64,000 nucleotides of DNA from Oscillospiraceae bacterium (GTDB lineage: Bacteria; Bacillota; Clostridia; Oscillospirales; Oscillospiraceae): NCBI GenBank assembly GCA_963625655.1, contig CAVFTS010000005.1, forward strand, positions 1,025 to 65,024. The letters are read 5' to 3'. The first letter of the stretch is position 1. Each line of letters begins with the position of its first letter. This document shows positions 39,568 to 48,523 of the stretch, piece after piece. Both the position numbers and the translations under genes were made by a program. Under the pieces are notes generated by a model that saw only the letters and a list, made by a program, of their open reading frames with translations, was not told the origin of the DNA and did no database searches.

Positions 39568-41271
39568 ATGGATACAAATAAAGATAAATATATCGGCACT
39601 ATGCTCGATAACAGATATGAGATACTTGAGCTTATCGGCACCGGCGGCATGGCAAACGTGTACAAGGCGCTGTGCCACAGGCTGAACCGTTACGATGCGA
39701 TTAAGATCATGCACGACGAGACCGCAGCAAACGAGGAGCTGCGCCGCAGATTCAGAACGGAGTCGCAGGCAGTCGCAATGCTGTCGCACCCTAACATCGT
39801 TTCCGTGTACGATGTCAGTCACAGTGCGGATGTCGAGTACATTGTAATGGAGCTTGTAAACGGCATAACGCTCAAGGACTATATGAAGGAAAACGGGCCG
39901 CTTCCTGCGGAGGATGTCGTAAACTTCTCGTCGCAGATTGCAAAGGCTCTGGCTCACGCTCACGAGCGGGGAATTATCCACCGTGATATAAAGCCGCAGA
40001 ACATAATGCTGTTAAAGGACGGGCTTATCAAGGTTGCCGACTTCGGCATCGCATCGCTTCAAAACGAGATCGAAGCTCCGACCGAGGAAGCGGTCGGCTC
40101 AGTTCACTACATTGCGCCGGAGCAGGCGAGAGGTCAGCAGTCGGACGCAAGGAGCGACATATATTCGCTCGGTATCGTGATGTACGAAATGCTCACAGGG
40201 CAGCTCCCGTATAACGGAGACAGCGCCGTTGAAATTGCGGTCAAGCACATGAACGCCACACCGGTACCGCCGAGGTCTATAAATCCCGACATCCCTCAGC
40301 AGCTTGAGAACATTACGCTCAAGGCGATGAATTCCTCGATGGAAGAGCGCTATCAGAGCGCAAACGAGCTGCTCTGCGACCTTGAGGATTACAGGAAAAC
40401 CATGCTTGCGGCAAAGGTCCATGCTAAGGACGCAGATTTTGATCTCAGCTTTGCGAGCTCCGATGAGGAGGACGTCTCCGAGGATGATCCCGCCGAGTAC
40501 GGAAAGCGTTCGAGCAGGGCGGCGTTCATCACCGCCGGTATCGGAATTTTCATTGCCGTAGCGGTCATTTTCCTTGTTCTGAACGGAAAGTTTCTGAACG
40601 GTCTGTTCGGTAACGGTGAGGAGATCAAGGTTGAAAGCTTTGTCGGACGCTACTACGAGGACGTGGTCAACGACTCCGATATGTCGCAGATCTACGATTT
40701 CACCGTCGTTTATAAGCCGGATGCGGAACACGACTACGGAATTATCATCAGCCAGACCCCTAAGCAGGGTACGGTCGAATATAAAAACGAATCCAAGATC
40801 AAGGTAACGCTTGTTGTCAGCTCCGGCGAGATGATACCGGCAGACGGTGAAGTGCAGATACCTGAGATCGAAGCGGGCAAGACAAGCGCTGCCGATGCGG
40901 AATCGCTGCTCTCCGCCGCCGGACTTAAAGTGAAGATACACGAAGTAAACTCCGAGATCACAGAAGGCTACGTTGTGAAGATCTCACCCGAATCCGGCGA
41001 TATAGTCAAAACGGGCAGCACCGTTAAGCTGTACGTCAGCATCGGCCCCACGGTCACGATGGTCAAGGTGCCGAATCTCGTGGGCTATTCGAGAGATCAG
41101 GCGATAGAGAAGATCGAGGCCGAGGGACTCAGCGTCGGTTCGATCGTCGGCGTTGACAGTGAGCTGGAGGCAGGCACCGTGATTTGGCAGAGCGTCAATC
41201 CCGGAGGCGAGGTAGAAGCGCACACCAAGATCGACATACAGGTCTCAAACGGTCCCAAAAGCGAGGACTGA
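39568..41271 (+). CDS. prkC: Ser/Thr protein kinase PrkC with three PASTA domains
   Basis: It has a Hanks kinase domain (GTGGMANVYKA, HRDIKPQN, DFGIA, APEQ), one TM segment and three PASTA-like repeats. Confidence 0.93.
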   Translation: MDTNKDKYIGTMLDNRYEILELIGTGGMANVYKALCHRLNRYDAIKIMHDETAANEELRRRFRTESQAVAMLSHPNIVSVYDVSHSADVEYIVMELVNGITLKDYMKENGPLPAEDVVNFSSQIAKALAHAHERGIIHRDIKPQNIMLLKDGLIKVADFGIASLQNEIEAPTEEAVGSVHYIAPEQARGQQSDARSDIYSLGIVMYEMLTGQLPYNGDSAVEIAVKHMNATPVPPRSINPDIPQQLENITLKAMNSSMEERYQSANELLCDLEDYRKTMLAAKVHAKDADFDLSFASSDEEDVSEDDPAEYGKRSSRAAFITAGIGIFIAVAVIFLVLNGKFLNGLFGNGEEIKVESFVGRYYEDVVNDSDMSQIYDFTVVYKPDAEHDYGIIISQTPKQGTVEYKNESKIKVTLVVSSGEMIPADGEVQIPEIEAGKTSAADAESLLSAAGLKVKIHEVNSEITEGYVVKISPESGDIVKTGSTVKLYVSIGPTVTMVKVPNLVGYSRDQAIEKIEAEGLSVGSIVGVDSELEAGTVIWQSVNPGGEVEAHTKIDIQVSNGPKSED

Positions 41272-41273
41272 AC

Positions 41274-42149
41274 ATGGACGGAGTGATAATCAAGGCGCTC
41301 AGCGGTTTTTACTACGTCTCAAGCGGCGGAAATACCTATGAATGCAGGGCAAGGGGAAAGTTCCGGATAGACGGAACCTCTCCGCTCGTCGGCGACAAGG
41401 TCAGCTTCTTGCCGGAGCGCTCCAAGGGCGTTATCGAGAAGGTCTACGAAAGGAAGAACTTTTTCATTCGTCCGGCGGTCGCAAATTTGGATGCGCTCGT
41501 GTTCGTTGCCGCCAACACAACCCCGGTAACCGACCCGTTTCTTATTGACCGTGTTTCGGTGATCTGCAAGGCTTGCTCATGTGAGCTTATAGTCTGCATC
41601 AACAAAACAGACATTGACCCCGGCGACGAGCTGTTTAACACTTACACCCGCTCCGGCTTTACGGTCGTGAGGACAAGCGCAAGCGACGGCACGGGACTCA
41701 TTGAGCTTAAAAATGCGCTTCACGGCAAGCTTTGTGCGTTCACGGGAAACTCCGGCGTAGGGAAGTCGAGTCTCCTCAATATGCTCTGCCCCGGACTTTC
41801 GATCCCCGTTGCGGAGATCAGTGAGAAGCTCGGTCGAGGCAAACACACGACACGTCATGTGGAGCTTTTTCCTCTCGACCATCTGAGCTTTATTGCGGAC
41901 ACTCCCGGCTTTGCGTCCTTTGACATTGAGATGATGCAGCACATCGAAAAGGACGACTTAAAGCACCTGTTCGGGGAGTTTGCAAGGTACGAAGGGCAGT
42001 GCCGTTTTAACGACTGCGCTCATCTGAAAGAGCCGGGCTGTGCCGTCACCGCTGCGGTCGCAAACGGTGATATATGTATCGGCAGGTATCGCTCCTATGA
42101 GCGGCTTTATGAGCTTGTCTCCCAAGATGAGACACGCAAATACAAATAA
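41274..42149 (+). CDS. rsgA: Ribosome small subunit-dependent GTPase A
   Basis: It has an OB N-domain (GFYYV...GDKV), NK.D, GNSGVGKSSL, DTPGF, and the zinc knuckle CRFNDCAHLKEPGC. I moved the start to ATG 41274. Confidence 0.93.
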   Translation: MDGVIIKALSGFYYVSSGGNTYECRARGKFRIDGTSPLVGDKVSFLPERSKGVIEKVYERKNFFIRPAVANLDALVFVAANTTPVTDPFLIDRVSVICKACSCELIVCINKTDIDPGDELFNTYTRSGFTVVRTSASDGTGLIELKNALHGKLCAFTGNSGVGKSSLLNMLCPGLSIPVAEISEKLGRGKHTTRHVELFPLDHLSFIADTPGFASFDIEMMQHIEKDDLKHLFGEFARYEGQCRFNDCAHLKEPGCAVTAAVANGDICIGRYRSYERLYELVSQDETRKYK

Positions 42150-42213
42150 ATTGCAAGAACAAACCGCCTTCGGCATAGTATGTAGTAATGCTCATGCTGG
42201 GAGGCGGTTTTTC

Positions 42214-42366
42214 GTGCGCAACGGAAAGCGTTTTAACCTCGGCGGGCTGTTTATCCTTGCCGGCATTGTGATAATACTTTCGCTTGTTCTTCCGTCACAG
42301 TTTTGGTGGTTCATGCTCGCAGCCGCTCTCATATGCTTCGGCATATGGCTGAATCGGTGCAGATAG
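42214..42366 (+). CDS. Hypothetical small membrane protein (50 aa, two predicted TM helices)
   Basis: A GTG start lies 8 nt after a GGGAGG SD. The product is VRNGKRFNLGGLFILAGIVIILSLVLPSQFWWFMLAAALICFGIWLNRCR. The upstream part of ORF-track 42040 overlaps rsgA and was discarded. Confidence 0.45.
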   Translation: MRNGKRFNLGGLFILAGIVIILSLVLPSQFWWFMLAAALICFGIWLNRCR

Positions 42367-42432
42367 CGTATCGGAGGTAATAATCGGCACTTCCAGCTCA
42401 TAGTCTGTACAAAAAAGCAAGGAGTGCAAACT

Positions 42433-43919
42433 ATGGATATATCACTTGAGCGCAGAGGACTAAGCAGATACCGTGAGGTTTTCGGAGATACGTCACACTG
42501 TGAGCTAAGCGCAGATTGCGTAATACCCGACACGCAGGGAGACATACTCAGGATAATCAAATGCGAAGCGTCGGCAAAACTGAAAAGCAAGGACATAAGC
42601 TCCGATTCCGTCACAATAGGAGGGGAGCTGTCCGGGAGATTCTCTATGTACCCGAATCGGGAGAGGGCATCTCCGTCTTGAATTTCAGCATACCCTTTGA
42701 AAAGGAAACGCATTTGCGGGACGAAAATGCGTGTCAAAGCTGCATTGCGGAGCTTTCAGTCGTCGCTGCCGACGTCAGGATCATAAATCCGCGAAAGGTC
42801 AGCGTGAGAGCCGAGGTCCAAATACGGCTCCGCTGCTACGATGCGGAGGAGCTGAGCTGCTGTGCGTCCGTCAGCGATAAGCCGGACAAATTATTCTGCA
42901 AAAGCAGAACCGAGCCTCTGATTTATCCGAGCTTTGTTGGCGAAAAGCAGCTCAGTCTTGACGAGGAGGTCCCGAGCGAGGCAGGCTCTCCCGCAGCGGC
43001 GCTTTTATCCGGCAGCAGCTCATATTAGGCAGACGGCATAGAGCGGGTCGGCTCAAAGCTTATACTTAAGGGTCATGCGGACATATCCGCCATTGCACTT
43101 GACGGGGAGGGGAACATCGTCACTCTGCGCAGCAGCACCCCGTTTTCACAGCTTTTTGAACTGAACGGTGAATCCGAACTGCCATATTGGGATGCGGTCA
43201 TCGTTCCCACGGCGGAATACTACTCGCTTGAGGACGGAAACGTAAACGCAGACCTTCACGCCGTGATACAGCTGACCTGCTATGCCGTAGCAAATATGGA
43301 CTTTATTGAGGACGCATATTTCTGCGGCAGAATACTGCAGCTTGAACATGAGGAATTAGAGCTGTGCCGAAGTGTTTCGACGCTTAAACTCACCTCGTCG
43401 GAGGTTTTGGAGTACGACGCAGGCGGCAGTCCCGTATCTGTCGTTTTGACAGAGAGCAGGCTCGGAAAAATAAAGCTCACGGACGGCAGCGCAAATGTTC
43501 CCGTAAGCAGCGAGGGAGGAGTTTATATAAACTCCGACGGTGAGCTTTGCTGCGGAAAAGCAAGGGGCTGTCTTGAGTTTGAAGTGCCGTCCGACTGCGG
43601 TCACTTAACGCCGAAAACCGTAAAAGTCACCGAAAGCACGGCCCGGATAATCGGCGGCTCAATAGAAATTAAAGTCACCGCAGTCCTTACGCTTGAGTGT
43701 ACGGAGACCGTGAGGATCTGCGCAATAAGCGGAATGAGCTCAGATGACACGCAGTGCGTGTCATCCCGTCCGTCACTGTATCTCTGCCGCTGCCGTGACC
43801 GTGACCTTTGGACGCTCGCCAAGGCATACGGCTCATCCGAGGACGCCATAATATCGGCAAACAAGCTGACGGAGGGTGTCGTTTCTCCCGACGCCGTACT
43901 GCTCATACCGAAAATCTGA
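42433..43919 (+). pseudogene. Disrupted DUF3794-repeat / LysM domain sporulation-type gene (SpoVID/SafA-like): one frameshift plus one in-frame TAG
   Basis: Three ORF pieces (42424-42681, 42516-43028, 43263-43919) join into one ~495-aa protein. The start is ATG 42433 with an AAGGAG SD. A frame change is needed within 42516-42681. A TAG sits at 43026-43028, and the frame stays open for all 78 codons after it. The C-terminus is LysM-like (LWTLAKAYGSSEDAIISANKL...LLIP). Confidence 0.6.
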
Positions 43920-43925
43920 GTAATG

Positions 43926-43956
43926 GCACACCGCCAAAGCGGTGTGTCATTTGTTT
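43926..43956 (+). terminator. Rho-independent terminator after the DUF3794/LysM gene
   Basis: Stem CACACCGC/GCGGTGTG with loop CAAA, then TCATTTGTTT. Confidence 0.6.
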
Positions 43957-44005
43957 GCATAAAAGCGCTCACAGAATAATATGCTTTGGTGAAAGGGTGA
44001 TACAT

Positions 44006-44890
44006 ATGACAAGCTTTAACCAAGCAGCCGCCCTGCTTCCGCTGAGACTTTGCGGCGAGCTGCTCATCTTGCCGGAGGAGATAAGAAACGCCGCAGAGGA
44101 GATCAGGCTGCGGGCGGGACAGGCAATATCGTTGAACACCGGCGATAGAGAGGAGAACTTCGTATCCGACTACACGGTAAGCAGCGAGGATCTGCAAACC
44201 GTACTCGAAAAAGCGACCGGAGCATCGGTACACTCCGTGGAATGCAGCCTGTCCGCCGGGTATATAGCGGTCAAGGGCGGTCTGCGTGTCGGACTGTGCG
44301 GCACCGCAATAATGAAGGAGGACAGGCTGTGCGGAGTTCGCAGGCTAAGCTCGGTTTCGATACGAATACCGCATGAGGCGCAAAGCTGCGCCGAAGCGGA
44401 GGCGGAGGCTTTGGAAAAAATGAATTTTCCGAGTACCCTCATAATTTCTCCTCCGGGCTACGGGAAAACGACCTGCATGAGATACCTGATACGCCGTGCC
44501 TCAGACTGCGGCTGTCGGGTCTCGGTTGCGGACGAGCGTGGGGAGCTTGCTGCGGTTTGGGAAGGACTGGCTCAGTTTAACGTCGGCAGACACACCGATG
44601 TGTTTACATCCGCACCGAAGGCGGAAGCCGCAAAGCTGCTCTTACGAGCCATGAATCCCGACATCCTTGCAATGGACGAGATCAGCGCCGCAGAGGATGT
44701 ACGGGCTGTCTGCGAAGCGGCAGGCTGCGGCGTAAGGCTTTTCGCCACCGCTCATGCACGGGATTTTGACGATATGCTCAAAAGGCCGATCTACAGGGAG
44801 CTTATTAACGAGAAAATATTTGACTGTGTTCTGACCGTTGCCAAGGTCGGGGCAAAGCGCAGATACGAACTGAAGGAGCTTTTAAGATGA
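44006..44890 (+). CDS. spoIIIAA: Stage III sporulation protein AA (ATPase)
   Basis: It has LP..I......EEIRLRAGQ, Walker A SPPGYGKTT, and the Walker B-like AMDEI. It is the first gene of an eight-gene spoIIIA array. The start is ATG 44006. Confidence 0.9.
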   Translation: MTSFNQAAALLPLRLCGELLILPEEIRNAAEEIRLRAGQAISLNTGDREENFVSDYTVSSEDLQTVLEKATGASVHSVECSLSAGYIAVKGGLRVGLCGTAIMKEDRLCGVRRLSSVSIRIPHEAQSCAEAEAEALEKMNFPSTLIISPPGYGKTTCMRYLIRRASDCGCRVSVADERGELAAVWEGLAQFNVGRHTDVFTSAPKAEAAKLLLRAMNPDILAMDEISAAEDVRAVCEAAGCGVRLFATAHARDFDDMLKRPIYRELINEKIFDCVLTVAKVGAKRRYELKELLR

Positions 44891-45396
44891 ATCTTTTCGG
44901 TGCGGCGCTCATAGTCGTCGCAGGCTTCTATATCGGTTTTCTGAAAGCCTCGGAGATGCGACGCAAAGTTGCGGCGATGCGGGGAGTGTGTGTGATGACG
45001 GAGCTTATTAAAAACGAAATTTCATCAAGGCGAACGCCGATGGACGAGCTGTTTTCGATGCTGCGAAAAAGCGGTCCCGGTGCTACCGAGAGCTTTGCGG
45101 CATCGGTTTGCAATAGGCTTAAAAGCCTCGACGAATCAAGCTTTTCTGAGCTGTGGAACGAAAGCGTGGAAGAAAATCTATCCTGTCTGCCGCAGCGCTG
45201 CGCCACGGCGCTGTGCGAGCTTGGGGCAAGCTTGGGGCGCTATGATGCGGAATTGCAGTCCGCGGCAGCGGACAGGTGCCTGAGCCTGCTTTGCTCGGAG
45301 CTCGCAGCAGAGGAAGCAAAGCAAAAAGCAAACGAAAAAATGTACATAGGACTTTGCGGCGGGCTGAGCCTTATCGCAGCGCTCGTCTTGGTCTGA
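44887..45396 (+). CDS. spoIIIAB: Stage III sporulation protein AB
   Basis: Size, the N-terminal TM segment (FGAALIVVAGFYIGF) and its position after spoIIIAA all fit. It overlaps spoIIIAA by 4 nt. Confidence 0.85.
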   Translation: MNLFGAALIVVAGFYIGFLKASEMRRKVAAMRGVCVMTELIKNEISSRRTPMDELFSMLRKSGPGATESFAASVCNRLKSLDESSFSELWNESVEENLSCLPQRCATALCELGASLGRYDAELQSAAADRCLSLLCSELAAEEAKQKANEKMYIGLCGGLSLIAALVLV

Positions 45397-45409
45397 TAAC
45401 GGAGGAAAA

Positions 45410-45604
45410 ATGGAGATTGAACTGATTTTTAAAATCGCTGCCGTCGGCATACTCGTTGCAGTTTTGAACATTCTGCTCACACGGTCGGGGAGGGACGAGC
45501 AGGCTCTGATGACCACAATTGCAGCGCTTGTCGTAGTGCTGATAGTTGTCGTCGAAAAGATAAGCGAGCTGTTCGGACTAATCAAAGACCTCTTTCAGCT
45601 CTGA
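45410..45604 (+). CDS. spoIIIAC: Stage III sporulation protein AC
   Basis: The 64-aa two-TM protein has IFKIAAVGILVAVLNILL.RSGRDEQA, a near-canonical SpoIIIAC sequence. Confidence 0.9.
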   Translation: MEIELIFKIAAVGILVAVLNILLTRSGRDEQALMTTIAALVVVLIVVVEKISELFGLIKDLFQL

Positions 45605-45990
45605 TGGAAATTATCGTCAAAGCCGCAGCGATTGCGCTCATTGCCTGCGTGTGCGTGCTTATAATTAAAAACAGCAATCCGGGAGGCGCATATCTGCTCG
45701 CCGTCTGCTCCTCAGTTATCTTGATGCTCGGAGCCGCCCTGCTGCTTTCCGAGATCGCCGATTTCATAAACGCACTCATCTCACGTTCGGGGCTGTCTCC
45801 GGCAATCTTTCTGCCGATCATAAAATGCACGGGCATTGGCATAATCGTAAGCATCGTGAGCGGTCTGTGCAAGGACGCAGGGCAAAGCTCCGCATCCTTT
45901 GCGATCGAATATCTCGGAGCCGCCTGTGCGGTCTACACGGCGCTGCCGCTCATTGCGACAATGCTCAACACGCTGGAGGAACTGCTGTGA
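45604..45990 (+). CDS. spoIIIAD: Stage III sporulation protein AD
   Basis: The 128-aa multi-TM protein has the conserved order and composition of SpoIIIAD. Confidence 0.87.
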   Translation: MEIIVKAAAIALIACVCVLIIKNSNPGGAYLLAVCSSVILMLGAALLLSEIADFINALISRSGLSPAIFLPIIKCTGIGIIVSIVSGLCKDAGQSSASFAIEYLGAACAVYTALPLIATMLNTLEELL

Positions 45991-47060
45991 GAACCATTGT
46001 ATTTTCAATACTCTTTGCGCTTACGCTTTCCGTTCCGGCACTGGCGGACGAGGACATCATAGACAAGACCGCAATAGAGGATTCCGCTCCCGCCGAGGCG
46101 ATCGAGACCGTCGGCGGCATAAAGAGCGTCACCGACACCCAGTCCGCTTTAGAGCGGATTTGGAGCAAGGTCACAAGTGAGGTTTCCGATAACCTTTCAA
46201 AGGTACTCGGCAGAGCCGTTTCCGTCGTTGCCGTGGCTGTCATTTGCGGGCTTTTGAAGGTCTTTATCGTCGAAAAAGCCGTACCCGACTGGTGCGATCT
46301 CTGCGGCTGTGCAGCGATAAGCATACTGTGTCTTGCCGATATCGGTTCATACATCTCCATGTGCCGCAGTGCATTGGAGGAGGTTTCCGCCTTTTCGCAA
46401 TCGCTTCTTCCCGCACTATGCACCTTGGGCGCCGGAAGCGGAGCCATAAGCTCCGCAACTGTAAAATACGCAGCGTCGGCTCTGTTTATGGACATGCTCC
46501 TAAGTGCTGCGGTAAAGCTTATAATGCCCGCGGTGCTTGCGTTTCTTGCGCTTTCGATAGCCGCCTCCGCCTTTGACAGCAAGAGGCTATCACGGCTCTG
46601 CAAGCTGTTTAAAAAGTTATGCGTTCTGCTGATGAGCGCTTTGGCGATCGGCTTTACGGCGTACCTTGGGATAAGCTCCGCCATCACCTCAAGCGCCGAC
46701 GCCTTGGCGCTGCGTGCCGCAAAGACCGCCATCTCAACCGCACTTCCGATCGTCGGCGGCATAGTGTCGGATGCGGCGTCAAGCGTTATCGGCAGCGCTG
46801 AGCTTCTTAAAAGCACGGTCGGCGTTTTCGGAATGCTTATCATCGCCGCAATATGTGCCGCTCCGTTCGTGATACTCGGACTTAACTACCTTGCGTACAA
46901 AGCGGCGGCAGCGGGGGTGTCAATGCTCGGAAGCGACAGGCTCTCGGCGCTTACCGACTCCGTCGGCGACGCCTTCGGAATGCTGCTTGGGCTTGTGGGC
47001 TGCGCCGGAATAATGATGTTTATTTCCGTCTTCTCTGCGATAAAGGCGGTGAGTTTATGA
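45987..47060 (+). CDS. spoIIIAE: Stage III sporulation protein AE
   Basis: It has a signal-like N-terminus from GTG 45987 (VRTIVFSILFALTLSVPALA) and then a polytopic membrane domain. The ORF-track extension from 45825 overlaps spoIIIAD. Confidence 0.87.
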   Translation: MRTIVFSILFALTLSVPALADEDIIDKTAIEDSAPAEAIETVGGIKSVTDTQSALERIWSKVTSEVSDNLSKVLGRAVSVVAVAVICGLLKVFIVEKAVPDWCDLCGCAAISILCLADIGSYISMCRSALEEVSAFSQSLLPALCTLGAGSGAISSATVKYAASALFMDMLLSAAVKLIMPAVLAFLALSIAASAFDSKRLSRLCKLFKKLCVLLMSALAIGFTAYLGISSAITSSADALALRAAKTAISTALPIVGGIVSDAASSVIGSAELLKSTVGVFGMLIIAAICAAPFVILGLNYLAYKAAAAGVSMLGSDRLSALTDSVGDAFGMLLGLVGCAGIMMFISVFSAIKAVSL

Positions 47061-47557
47061 ATACCGGAAATTTAAGTCCGTGGATAAACGGCATGATATG
47101 TGCGGCGGTGTTCTGCTCGATCGCACTTGCACTGACGCCCGAAGGACGGGTCAAAAGCGCCGAAAAGCTACTGTGCGGAATCGTCATGCTGGCAGCGATA
47201 TTCTCACCGCTGTTCGGATTTCGCAGCGAGAAATACGCCTCGGAAGCTGCCCGCTATGCCGAGATAGGGAAGGAGCTTGCGGGCGAGGGAAGGGACAGTA
47301 TGGAAAGAATGAACAGAACACTCATAGAGCAGGAGCTTTGCGCATATATTTTGGACAAAGCCGAATGTGTAGGCGTACATAGGGTCAGCGCCGAGGTCGA
47401 GGTCGCTTGGGACGACGCAGGGTACTGGTACCCCGTAGAGGCAAGCATATGCTGCAATGCAACGAACGAGCAGAGAGAAAGACTCTGTGCTTTGATCGAA
47501 GCTGAGCTTGGCATCCCGGCGGATAGGCAGGAATGGTCGGAGGTGAAAAATGACTGA
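47057..47557 (+). CDS. spoIIIAF: Stage III sporulation protein AF
   Basis: It has an N-terminal double TM region (W..G.I.AAVF..I...L.P.G) and a soluble C-domain, in the expected position. Confidence 0.82.
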   Translation: MNTGNLSPWINGMICAAVFCSIALALTPEGRVKSAEKLLCGIVMLAAIFSPLFGFRSEKYASEAARYAEIGKELAGEGRDSMERMNRTLIEQELCAYILDKAECVGVHRVSAEVEVAWDDAGYWYPVEASICCNATNEQRERLCALIEAELGIPADRQEWSEVKND

Positions 47558-47894
47558 GAAGTCGAAGAAGATCAAGGAAAAACTGAGCAAATACAAATAT
47601 CCGCTTTTTGTCCTGCTTTACGGAATTGCGCTGCTTATGATACCTGTTGGCGGAGGTGATGAGTCGAAAAGCGAAGATGTACTTACCGACGAAAACAGGC
47701 TTGAAGCTCTCCTGCAGGACGTATCGGGAGTGGGGAGCGTTAAGGTGCTGCTTTCCGAAAACGGGGCGATTGTCGCCTGTGCCGGCGCCGACAATGCCGA
47801 GGTGCGGCTTGCGGTCACGAAGGCGGCATCGGCGTTTACGGGTTTTTCGAGCGACAGGATCCAGGTATTGAAGCTAATCAGAAATGGGGAGTAA
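47550..47894 (+). CDS. spoIIIAG: Stage III sporulation protein AG (short form)
   Basis: It has a TM segment, then LEALLQDVSGVGSVKVLL and GAIVACAGADNAEVRLAVTKAAS....RIQVLK, a ring-building-motif pattern. The protein is only 114 aa. Confidence 0.75.
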   Translation: MTEKSKKIKEKLSKYKYPLFVLLYGIALLMIPVGGGDESKSEDVLTDENRLEALLQDVSGVGSVKVLLSENGAIVACAGADNAEVRLAVTKAASAFTGFSSDRIQVLKLIRNGE

Positions 47895-47895
47895 T

Positions 47896-48438
47896 ATGAA
47901 AAAGCTTAAAAGAAACATCACGATAGTGACGGTGTTGGTGTTCGTGTGTGCGGCAATCTATCTCAACTGGTCGTACAACAACAGGTGGGGCAAGGCGGAT
48001 ATAGACCGTGTCGAAGCCGAGGATGCGGCAATGGAAAAGGCGGACGCAGCATACGAAGCCTCAAGCATCAAGGGCGGCTCTTCCGACTACTTTGCCGAGG
48101 CAAGGCTCAACAGGCAGGTGTCAAGAGACGAAGCAATGGAGCTTTTAAAGAGCGCCGCAGCGTCGGAGAGTGCGTCACAGGAGACCATTGATTCGGCGAT
48201 GAACGAGATATCGGTCATGGCAAACTACTCGATGAGGGAAACGCAGCTCGAAAATATGCTCATAGCAAAGGATTTTGCAGACTGCGTCGTATACATGAGC
48301 GCAGATTCCGTGACGGTTGCGGTACCCGCTCCGGCGGAAGGCTTGAGCGAAGCGGCAGTCGCAAGAATAACGGAAACGGTGACAAGTGAGACGGATTACA
48401 CGGCAGCACAGCTAAATGTCATAGAGATCAAAGCATAA
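47896..48438 (+). CDS. spoIIIAH: Stage III sporulation protein AH
   Basis: It has an N-terminal TM segment (ITIVTVLVFVCAAIYLNW), the FAEARLNRQVSRDE segment typical of SpoIIIAH, and a C-terminal YscJ-like fold region. Confidence 0.85.
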   Translation: MKKLKRNITIVTVLVFVCAAIYLNWSYNNRWGKADIDRVEAEDAAMEKADAAYEASSIKGGSSDYFAEARLNRQVSRDEAMELLKSAAASESASQETIDSAMNEISVMANYSMRETQLENMLIAKDFADCVVYMSADSVTVAVPAPAEGLSEAAVARITETVTSETDYTAAQLNVIEIKA

Positions 48439-48464
48439 AAAGACGGGAAACCGTCTTTTTATGC
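48433..48464. terminator. Strong rho-independent terminator after the spoIIIA operon
   Basis: A perfect 14-bp stem GCATAAAAAGACGG/CCGTCTTTTTATGC with loop GAAA and a T-run. Confidence 0.85.
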
Positions 48465-48523
48465 TTTATTTTTTTGACCTTATGTGGTAAAATACAATGA
48501 CAAACTATTGGAGGCATATAATT

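Noticed and set aside
42040-42213. The upstream two-thirds of the 108-aa ORF 42040-42366 might be coding.
   Set aside because: It overlaps the conserved C-terminal zinc-knuckle region of rsgA in another frame. Only the distal 50 codons, which follow an SD and a GTG, look like a real membrane mini-protein.
43026-43028. The in-frame TAG in the DUF3794/LysM gene could be a recoded codon (pyrrolysine or a reassigned stop).
   Set aside because: TAG clearly terminates well-conserved genes in the same window (scpA at 16452-16454, scpB at 17059-17061). No pyl genes or PYLIS-like context are visible. The same gene also carries a frameshift. A nonsense mutation or a sequencing error is more parsimonious.
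43949-44005. A sigma-E-type promoter might lie upstream of spoIIIAA (GCATAAA at 43959-43965, with AATATGCT or CACAGAAT as the -10).
   Set aside because: The -35-like element is reasonable. No -10 candidate has both correct spacing and a good match to CATACA-T. I cannot support a call from sequence alone.
45825-45986. The ORF track gives a long N-terminal extension of spoIIIAE. Similar extensions are called for spoIIIAA (43808), rsgA (41184), the metallophosphoesterase (7725), the flavoprotein (20784) and ispH (22741).
   Set aside because: The extensions overlap the preceding gene in another frame and have odd composition. Internal ATG/GTG starts with proper SD spacing give N-termini that match the known families.
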